Shown here: positions 10,377-18,300 of the stretch, in pieces
Numbering within the stretch: the first letter of the stretch is position 1
How the letters are laid out: every line of letters starts with the position of its first letter
DNA from: Pyrolobus fumarii 1A
GTDB taxonomy: Archaea > Thermoproteota > Thermoprotei_A > Sulfolobales > Pyrodictiaceae
Assembly: GCF_000223395.1 (NCBI RefSeq)
Contig: NC_015931.1
Span: 810,001 to 842,000 of the forward strand
Length of the DNA stretch: 32,000 nucleotides
Reading direction: 5' to 3'
The notes under the pieces: generated by a model
What the model was told of the DNA's origin: nothing
What the model saw: the letters and a program-made list of their open reading frames with translations, nothing else
Databases searched by the model: none
Program-made: the position numbers and the translations under genes

Positions 10377-11882
10377 TTAGGAGCGCCTTAACCACTTATC
10401 GAGTGTCGAGCCGCTATCCCTCTTCTTCAATACCCTCTCCACAAACCTATCCCTAACCGGCTCGTAAACCTCCTTGTAGAACCTCTGGGGATCCATCAGC
10501 ACACTCTTTGGGAACTTCTTTACATACTCAAGAGCCGCTCTCCACGCCTCCTCAAAGTTAATACCAGCCTCTTCGAACTTCCTTGTAACCTGTCGATCGA
10601 AATCCTCGGGACGTTGCTCAACCCCACCCATCATGAACCATCCATCAGGGCCCACCTGCACCTTCTCGCCTGCAACAATCTTCCATTCCCCTTCGCCACC
10701 GCCCCTCCTATAGTAGCGTTTGGAGGAAGACGACTCGCTAGCACTACTGGCAACGTGTATCCTGGCGCGCCTCGCAGGCCCATAGTACTTGGCCCATGCG
10801 TAGAAGATTGCGCGGTTTAGACCGAAGCTCTTCGCCTTATCCATGTCGCCGTAGAGCAGGTAGTAACGAGCAGCCTGCAACAAAGCCATAACAGGAAACC
10901 TGCCGGGTTCGCGAGGCTCACTAGGCCTCAACGCTTGTTGTACTAGGCCGGCGTTATACCCGAAGCCTAGCTTGGAGGCTCTTGCTTCCATTAGCGTTCT
11001 CTTCTTCACCTTGCCTATTCTTTTCAATGCCTCCTCTGCTAGGCTGGTTGCCTCGCCTCTCTCATAGACCCTCCAAGCGCTAGGATCGTGTTGATAGCTA
11101 TCCGGCCTTGACCAGTCGGGTGTAAATTCGTCGAGAGCATCTGGTTTTAACGTTACAGCTACACTATCTAAGCGTCGGTGCAGGCTTAGGGGCGCTGTGA
11201 ACACCCTCTTTGGCGCCACGAGGTTCTCTATCTTTATCATGCCTTTGCTTTTGACGACTACCTCCCATAGCTTGGGCTCAAGCGATTCGAGAACATACTC
11301 TGCAACGGCAAATGCAACATCTATGGGATGCGCGCCAAGATGTTCGTAGTCGAAAGCTCCCTCGTGTATCCTCAGGTGCATCCCTGCGCCGCTCCAGAGC
11401 AGGTAAACGCTACGCTTGACGCCACGCTCTTCTAGCCACTCGCTAATCAAGCGCGCCGCCTCAACGACATACTTCCAGGCATCAGCAACTCTGGACTCAT
11501 CAACGATATCAATGTCTATGAATACCGTTGCAGCTTTTACATTACCATCGTACCCCTCTTCAACGTCACTAGGCGTTTCCAGCCTTTTGAACAGCTCTAT
11601 GGTGCCATAGAAAGTCCTAGGCTTGATGGCTTGGAACACGCTAAGAACCCTAACAACGTCTCCTGGCTTACAAATGCTCAACGGCCTTCTTTCGAGCCAC
11701 CTCGCCCATCTCTTCCCTTCACCCTCAACTGCAGCCCATCTACCACAAAGGAATGCAGCTACCTCCTCAGCTACATCACCACGTTTATAGTACTCAACTG
11801 GATTCACTGGCAAGAGGCGGAACCCCCACACTATCTTTTCACGGTGTAGTAGGGAAACCGTATTTTGGGCAAATGAGGACAA
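10377..11882 (-). CDS. Archaeo-eukaryotic-primase (AEP)-like protein with a long helical C-terminal extension
   Basis: Ordered motifs are TVFIDIDIVD (aa 119-128, nt 11499-11528), LLWSGAGMHLRIH (aa 161-173) and KRVFTAPLSLHRR (aa 225-237), matching AEP motifs I (DxD), II (SGxGxH) and III. TTG start at 11882; GTG 11831 is an alternative. Confidence 0.6.
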   Translation of the reverse strand: MSSFAQNTVSLLHREKIVWGFRLLPVNPVEYYKRGDVAEEVAAFLCGRWAAVEGEGKRWARWLERRPLSICKPGDVVRVLSVFQAIKPRTFYGTIELFKRLETPSDVEEGYDGNVKAATVFIDIDIVDESRVADAWKYVVEAARLISEWLEERGVKRSVYLLWSGAGMHLRIHEGAFDYEHLGAHPIDVAFAVAEYVLESLEPKLWEVVVKSKGMIKIENLVAPKRVFTAPLSLHRRLDSVAVTLKPDALDEFTPDWSRPDSYQHDPSAWRVYERGEATSLAEEALKRIGKVKKRTLMEARASKLGFGYNAGLVQQALRPSEPREPGRFPVMALLQAARYYLLYGDMDKAKSFGLNRAIFYAWAKYYGPARRARIHVASSASESSSSKRYYRRGGGEGEWKIVAGEKVQVGPDGWFMMGGVEQRPEDFDRQVTRKFEEAGINFEEAWRAALEYVKKFPKSVLMDPQRFYKEVYEPVRDRFVERVLKKRDSGSTLDKWLRRS

Positions 11883-11896
11883 AAGGCCAAACAGCG

Positions 11897-12772
11897 ATGC
11901 GAGATATAGCTAGACGCGCTAAGGTCGTGTTTATACTCGTCTACCTACTTCTCTTGTACTACCTGCTTTACAAGCTGCTACCCACGGCTCTCCAGCCGCC
12001 ACCTAACCCGCTAGCAGCCTTAGCATCGCTAGTAGTGTTTCTAACTGCCGAGGTTATCAGGAGCGCACGTCTAGCCCTGCTGTATTGGGGGCGTTTAGAC
12101 CACAACGTCTTCTGGAAGGCTCTTCGAGCGAGGCTGGCTGGCAACGTCGTGGCAATCGTCACTCCCAGCGTTGCTGGCGGCGAAGTGGTACGCGGCCTCG
12201 TACTCCACGGCGAGCTGAGCTGGGGCGCCGCGAGGGCTATAGGAATAGCCTCCATTGACGGAGGGCTGGACATGGTTATTGACTACGCACTTGCATTGGT
12301 CGCACTGTTGCTAGGCGCTGCCCCTGCCGCGCCACTCCCCGAGCTACTCTCGCTGCCACCGGCGCTTCTATGGATACTAGTTCTTGTTCTAATCACGACT
12401 AGGCACGCACACCGTATGCTAGAGGCTCTAGCCGGTAGACTGAAGGAGGGGAGGCTTGGCAGGATAAGTGGATTAGTTAACGAGGTTTCGGGTATCCACG
12501 TACCACCCTATCGCCTTGCAGCATCCCTCCTGTTATCCATCGCTGCTTGGCTTCTCCAGACACTCAGCTACGCTCTATACTCGGGCATAGAACTGGACAA
12601 GAGCTTGGGCTGCGTTACAGAGCTTTACCTGATGGGCGTCATACCTTCTCCTGGTGGTATTGGGCCCGGAGAACTGCTACTGGCTAACTCGTGCCCCGGA
12701 ATAGCGTCTTGGAGAGCTGCAGCCCTACTGGTGTCCACCGTACCTGGTATACCCTTGGTTCTAAAAAAGTAG
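11897..12772 (+). CDS. Polytopic membrane protein, UPF0104 / lysyl-phosphatidylglycerol-synthase-TM (flippase-like) family
   Basis: RSARLALLYWG...LAGNVVAIVTPSVAGGEVVRGLVL matches the family hallmark (R..R..L, then TP-x-x-GGE-x-x-R). Multiple hydrophobic helices. ATG 11897 is preferred (ATG 11873 also possible); the ORF-track start at 11753 overlaps the divergent gene. Confidence 0.6.
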   Translation: MRDIARRAKVVFILVYLLLLYYLLYKLLPTALQPPPNPLAALASLVVFLTAEVIRSARLALLYWGRLDHNVFWKALRARLAGNVVAIVTPSVAGGEVVRGLVLHGELSWGAARAIGIASIDGGLDMVIDYALALVALLLGAAPAAPLPELLSLPPALLWILVLVLITTRHAHRMLEALAGRLKEGRLGRISGLVNEVSGIHVPPYRLAASLLLSIAAWLLQTLSYALYSGIELDKSLGCVTELYLMGVIPSPGGIGPGELLLANSCPGIASWRAAALLVSTVPGIPLVLKK

Positions 12773-12775
12773 GGG

Positions 12776-13834
12776 TTAGATCATGCCTTCGCGTGCAAGC
12801 ATCTCAGCAATCAGTATAGCATTACCAGCTGCTCCTCTTATCAGGTTATGACCAAGGACAAGATATGCTAGTAGTCTATCTTCGACCATCCTGGCTCGTC
12901 CCGTAACCGAGCTCATCCCGCCGCCTTCCATTCTGTCAAGCCTAGGTTGCGGCCTGTCAACCTCCCTCCTATACACTACGGGCTTCTCCGGTGCCATGAA
13001 CGGTTTCTCGCTGCCCCAGGGCCTCCACGACTCCCAGGCTTGCACAACATCCTCCACACTTGCAGGTTTTGATAGGTATGCGTACACGCTCTCGAGGTGA
13101 CCGTGTAACACTGGAACACGTGTAGTCGTAGCGTGGATAGTGAACCTCGCCCATTCTACACGGTCTCCGCGATAAACGCCTAGTATCTTGCGTGGCTCAT
13201 TGGCTAGCTTCTCCTCCTCCTTAGCGATGAACGGTACTATGTTATCAAGTATCGCCATGGATGGGACCCCGTTGTACCCTGCACCACTCACTGCTTGCAT
13301 GGTAGTCACTAGCACCTTCTCTAGCCCAAAGTTGTCTAGGAGGGGCTTGAGGCTCAATACTAGTATAGCTGAGGAGCAATTCGGGTTCTTGTATATCGCG
13401 CCGCTCCACCCTCGTCTCTGCCTCTGGATCTTCACGAGACCCACATGATCCCAGTTAATCTCAGGAACGAGGAGAGGCACATCCTCCTCAAGCCTCATTG
13501 GGCTAGCGTTAGATACCACCGTGAATCCTCTTCTAGCAAGTCCAGCCTCAATCTCACCGGCAACACTACTAGGCAGAGCTGAGAACACGACATCTACCTC
13601 ACTCTTGGGCACGTTATCCACGCCAACCTTCTCTACCTTGATGCCGCAAAGGCTCTCGGGAGGGCTACCACCAAGGACCCAGTTGACGGCCTCACAGTAA
13701 CTACGTCCTGCACTTCTCTCCGAAGCCGCCACGTAAACTATCTCAAACATTGGGTGCTCATCAAGCAGCTTTACAAACATCTGACCCACGAGGCCAGTAG
13801 CGCCTAGCACTGCAGCCCTCAACTTATCCGGCAT
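12776..13834 (-). CDS. asd: Aspartate-semialdehyde dehydrogenase (archaeal type)
   Basis: N-terminal Rossmann motif AVLGATGLVGQ and active-site Cys motif NPNCSS. Length 352 aa. A paralogous acyl-CoA reductase of the same family cannot be excluded from sequence alone. Confidence 0.85.
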   Translation of the reverse strand: MPDKLRAAVLGATGLVGQMFVKLLDEHPMFEIVYVAASERSAGRSYCEAVNWVLGGSPPESLCGIKVEKVGVDNVPKSEVDVVFSALPSSVAGEIEAGLARRGFTVVSNASPMRLEEDVPLLVPEINWDHVGLVKIQRQRRGWSGAIYKNPNCSSAILVLSLKPLLDNFGLEKVLVTTMQAVSGAGYNGVPSMAILDNIVPFIAKEEEKLANEPRKILGVYRGDRVEWARFTIHATTTRVPVLHGHLESVYAYLSKPASVEDVVQAWESWRPWGSEKPFMAPEKPVVYRREVDRPQPRLDRMEGGGMSSVTGRARMVEDRLLAYLVLGHNLIRGAAGNAILIAEMLAREGMI

Positions 13835-14049
13835 TATCAGGTCCCACGTCTACACACCCACTACCACCAGTTAAGGAGAGAAACGCGGCCACGTGCACCA
13901 CTCAGAACTCCATTGACGATAGACGAGTGTCTGTAGTATATACGGGACCTGTGCACAGGATGATACCCCCTACCATCCTGTTCAGGCGAGACACGGGTTC
14001 ACCACTTGCTTCACGGTAACACCATCCGGTGTTCCCCACGGGTAGCCAC

Positions 14050-14688
14050 ATGGATACTACCATCACGCCGGGGAGGCCTAGGGGACGCAAAGTCATAATC
14101 CTCCTTGACCATCTCCTGGCTAGTGGAGAGAAGGGTGCGACCGCCGCCGAACTAGCACACGTCGCCGGCATCGCATCCAAACAGGTCTATCCACTACTAC
14201 GATGGTGGATCGAGAAGCGTGTAGTTATCGTGGAGAAGGTTGGATGGCTAAACATCTACAAGCTCAACACGAGAATAAAGAGGGCCCTCGAGAAGCTACT
14301 ACGTATAATACTCCGATCCCGTGAGGCACGCGTAGCATCTCTAGCTCAGAGACTTGCTGAGCACAAACTACTCCGCCGATTATCACCTGTCGAGAAGGAG
14401 ATACTCGCCCTACTAGCCGAGAGGATACTATCTGGTTCACCTTACCTGAGAATCCACGCAGAAAACCCCAGACAAGCCCTCGACATACTCAAAGTAAAGC
14501 TTGAGTCGCGTTTCCGCGCCCTCGGTTTAAACCCTAACGAGATATCAGCACTGCTCCTAGAAACAGATGAGGCGCTTAACGAGCTAAACGAGGCAGGTCT
14601 AGTCTACATGGCTTGGGATACACGTAACCACACACTTATTCTCAGGCTTGACAAATCCCTCGAGGAAGAGCTGCACCAGCTTCTCTAG
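14050..14688 (+). CDS. Hypothetical DNA-binding protein with N- and C-terminal winged-helix-like modules
   Basis: The N-terminal part, GATAAELAHVAGIASKQVYPLLRWWIEKRVVIVEKVGWLNIYKL, has a helix-turn-helix plus beta-wing pattern. The C-terminal part, DEALNELNEAGLVYMAWDTRNHTLILRL, looks like a second wing. The middle is helical. ATG 14050 is preferred; GTG 14029 is an alternative. Confidence 0.55.
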   Translation: MDTTITPGRPRGRKVIILLDHLLASGEKGATAAELAHVAGIASKQVYPLLRWWIEKRVVIVEKVGWLNIYKLNTRIKRALEKLLRIILRSREARVASLAQRLAEHKLLRRLSPVEKEILALLAERILSGSPYLRIHAENPRQALDILKVKLESRFRALGLNPNEISALLLETDEALNELNEAGLVYMAWDTRNHTLILRLDKSLEEELHQLL

Positions 14689-14900
14689 CTTAGCTCCCTC
14701 CTACAACTACAACTACTACTATCGTGTTCTGCGCACCTGCGCGTATGCGATACATTACCGCAGCATCAGCTCCCACTCTCCCGTACCTTCACCCCACACA
14801 TCTCGACATTTTATCCGAAAGAGTCTCAAACCGTCTCATTATGACTATGAGAGGTAGGGATATAGGGGTGTTACAAATCGTTCCACTTGAAGTGCTGGTT

Positions 14901-14918
14901 CTCTTGCATCTCTTGCAT
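14901..14918. repeat. Tandem 9-mer CTCTTGCAT x2; the core GCATCT recurs a third time at 14941-14946
   Basis: Read directly: ctcttgcat ctcttgcat ct ... acGCATCTtg. It lies in the long non-coding region 14689-15387. Confidence 0.9.
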
Positions 14919-15055
14919 CTTTTGGACAAGATCAACATACGCATCTTGTTATATTCTATACTTACAGGCTAGAGTCAGACCTGAGAAAGGCTAGTAAAAT
15001 GGAGAGAAGGACGAGATGTCTCAAGTATTTTGAGTAACTTGTCACAATGTGTCAA

Positions 15056-15314
15056 GCCAGGATGATCGGAAGAAGTGTGCGTGGTGCACGCGTGTTTGTG
15101 CTGACAAGCGCCTAGAGGATGGGTGGGCGCCCCTGGCGCTGGGCTGGCTGAAGATGTGTAGTAGTAAATGGTGCTCAGCGGGGGGTCTGGTGTCCGCCGG
15201 TCATCGTCCCCCGGTTTCGGGGGCCTCTGGCGGTGGGCGGGCGTGTATTGCAGGCACAGTTCAAGGGTTGATATGTGATTAGATGCAGTAACCGGCTGTC
15301 CAAGGCGGGCTTTT
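15056..15314 (+). ncRNA. Candidate structured non-coding RNA of unknown class (~260 nt)
   Basis: A markedly G/GC-rich block (by eye) sits inside an otherwise AT-richer intergenic region. A TATA-like TATTTT lies at 15026-15031, about 27 nt upstream. The ends are complementary (15056-15069 GCCAGGATGATCGG with 15292-15306 CCGGCTGTCCAAGGC, 12 pairs including G-U). Internal hairpins include TGCGTG/CACGCG (15078-15092), GCGCC/GGCGC (15127-15139), and CCCCCG-GTTT-CGGGGG (15207-15222) nested in CCGCC/GGCGG (15194-15198 with 15229-15233). It ends at TTTT 15311-15314. The only ORF here (15049-15282) encodes an implausible Cys/Gly/Trp-rich peptide. Confidence 0.35.
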
Positions 15315-15387
15315 GGGTAGAAAAGACAGGGTTAACTATCATGTACTTCCTGCTGATTATGATTGGGTCGAACGGAGGTTGGCCAGC

Positions 15388-18300
15388 ATGCACCGACTGT
15401 ATAATTTCTCGTTGCAAGTGATCGTAGCACTTGTCGTGCTTACTATTGCTGTGCCTATCGTTGCTGCTGGAGAGAGTGTAGTGTTGAAAGCATGGCTAGG
15501 TGTTGGAGGCGTAGAGGGCGACGCCAGGCTAGTATGGCTACCCTGTAACGGCTCATTAACGCCATTCTACCATATCGTGTATGTCGTGCCGCCCGGGTAC
15601 GATGTTGCTAGCGTGAAACCCGTCGTAGTATGGAGGCAGGGTGTAGATCTGCCTGTTCTACCTCCAGCGGCTATAATAGAGAGAGTATATCCTAAAGCTG
15701 ATACGAGCTTTGCAAGCCACTCCTACTCTTGCAAAGCTATTGAGGTGCAGCATGGTGTATGGCGGGGTGCAGAGATAGTAACTGTGTTAGTTGCGCTGTA
15801 CTCGAGTAGAGGGCTAGCCGCAAGCGTGAGCGCGTACATAGATATAGTCAGGCATCCTGGCGAGAAGAGCTTCCTGTACCCCCTGGACGCCAAGCTGTTA
15901 TACTCGATAGCGACGAAACCGCCGATATCCTCTCTCGGGAGTATCAAAACGCCATACAATATTGGAATAATCGTGGTCACGCGTAGCATGTTTCTACCTG
16001 TTGTCGAAGAATGGGCGGAAATCAAGGAGAGACAAGGCTACCGTGTAGAGATAGTTACACTGGAAGATTTGTGCAAGAGGATGGCTGCGGGTATCGATCT
16101 GCGTGAACAGCTAAGAGATTACATTCGCAGGTTGTACGAGGAGAGTAATGGTGTCTATCGCTACCTAGTCATAGTTGGCGACGCTAGCGGAAACTTCTGG
16201 AGCTCGAGCATAACATCGTGCGACGTGTTGAGCCCCTGGGAAGTGCCAACACAGTACTTCTATAACCCGGCATCAGCGGACGACGTTAGGACTAGTCACA
16301 GTGGATACTTCGTCCCGTCTGACATATACTATGTCACCTTTGACGGCAACTGGGATGCGGATGGAGACGGGATACTTGGCGAGTACCCGGACGATGTAGC
16401 AGCATACGATCCGTACCCTGAGATGATCGTTGCCAGGATACCCGTGAGGAGTCTTGCAGAGGCTAGACAAGCTCTATTAGCCATGGAGGATGTTTACCCA
16501 ACTACAAACTCGATACTCCTAGCTGGCTCCATACTCTACTATCGCGGCGAGGAGCCCTATCCAGAGCTAGCTGCGCAAGGAGACACTATGCTAGAAGGCC
16601 TCTATTCTTCAACGCTAGAGCCGCTAGGGTGGATAAGGGCAGAGAGGCTCTACGAGCACTATCCGGTAGAAAAGGTTATAGTATCACCGGTTGACCTTAA
16701 CGGTAACCTAACCCACGACACTATGAGACTCGCTTTACAAAGCGAGACCCGGATGGTGACAATCTTCGCGCATGGAAGTAAGAGTTGTGTATGGAGGAAG
16801 GTATGGGTGAGTGATACAAATGGAAATGGAGAGCCCGACCCGGATGAGATAACATTCAAGCCTTTCCTCTGCGCCGAGGATGCGCCACTAGTCAAGCCGC
16901 AGTTGCTCTATGCTACTGCAGCCTGCCTTACAGCCTATTTTGATGACCCCACATTGCTATCTCTAGGCGAAGCTCTCGCTGTACAGGGTTCGCAGTATGT
17001 GGGTTGGAGCAGGATAACGTTCGGGCCTCTGCTTCCTCCAGATGCGCAAATGGATCCTAACAAATGGTGTTGCAGCGACCGTCTCGTCTACTACCTATAC
17101 CTGCATCTCGTAGCGCGCGACTCTGTAAGTCGTATTGGTGATGCGTTGTTACACGCGCTTGTAGAGTATGTTAGTACTGAGCCGTTGGATGCGCAGGGTT
17201 TTGACGGCAACGTGTCGAGGCGTGTGTTCTTCGCCCTAATGTATATGGGTGATCCGACTCGCCTTGCGTACTCGACACCGACGCTCTTCAACCCCAGCCT
17301 AAGTATCATCCCGACAACACCATACTCCACGGTTAACGTTGTGTTAAAGCTGCTCACTAAGCGTGGCGAGGTAGTGGAAAACGCACCAGTAACTGTTTAC
17401 AAGCTACTCGAGCCGCCTTATGGCATAAGCCTACCTCTAGGCCAGAAGTACACTCTACAAGATGGCACGGTAACGTTCAGTCTCAATGTTGGTGTTGAGC
17501 CGGAAAGCTACATCGTATACTACCCTGGTAGCACAGTACCCCCAAACCCGCTTGAACCAACAGCAGCGATAATCACGCTCAACACGAGCCTAGCCCCTTG
17601 GGTGGTAGCGACTCCATCTACACTAGCGCCAGGACAATGGGTGACAATCGTAGCATGTAACTTCCCCCGACTCTCACAGCTAGAGGTCTACGCCGAGGGA
17701 GTTCTAGTCACGAAGGTCTACACCAACTCGAGCGGATGTGCTGCACAGCGTATTGCTCTCCCATACACGCTGCCCCCAGGGAGGATCGCACTCACTGTGG
17801 TGTACCCGCGCGATTCCAGTATCCGAGCATCAACAAGCATAGTCATCGTGTCAAACTTGTTGATGGATATGCATGATAAGCTAGAGCGAATAGAAGCTAG
17901 GCTGGCCACTGTAACAGACTACCTGAGGAGTCTACACGAGAAGCTACAAGCTATCTATGAGAGTCTCACGGCATTACAAGACGAGCTTAGCAAGCTAGAG
18001 CAAGCTAACCGTGTGGTGCTGAACGAGCTAAACATAACGGCTACAACCCTAATACACGAGCTCGACATGCTCGCATTACATGTCAACACGGTCAAGGAGT
18101 TAGTGGTGAGCATGGCTAGTGACGTAAAAGAATCGAAAACAGTGTTGTACAAGGTTGTTGAGAATCTGGATGGCTTAAGCGAAAAAATGGCTAAGATACG
18201 CGAGAAGGCAGTAAAACTCGAGGAACTACTCAACAACCACTCTAGTAGGTTGGCAGAATATATAGAAGAAACTCGTTCACAGCTACTCCAGGCGATCAGC

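Noticed and set aside
14884-14894. Palindrome CACTTGAAGTG as an origin recognition box (ORB)
   Set aside because: It resembles the dyad core of ORB elements only loosely, occurs once, lacks the G-rich extension, and has no orc1/cdc6 gene nearby.
15049-15282. 77-codon ORF (Cys/Gly/Trp/Ala-rich) inside the G-rich block
   Set aside because: The composition is unlike other proteins in the window, and there are no start-context signals. The region is better explained by RNA secondary structure. A small Cys-rich peptide is not formally excluded.
15056-15314. Possible RNase P RNA or SRP (7S) RNA
   Set aside because: TAGATG-GCAGTAACCGGCTGT (15280-15299) resembles the RNase P AGAUGA...ACAGAACCCGGCUUA region, and GCCGGT (15196-15201) can pair with ACCGGC (15291-15296) like helix P4. 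However, the universally conserved GAGGAAAGUCC strand is absent. There is also no SRP helix-8 GGAAGGGAGCA-type motif. From memory-based comparison it fits neither class.
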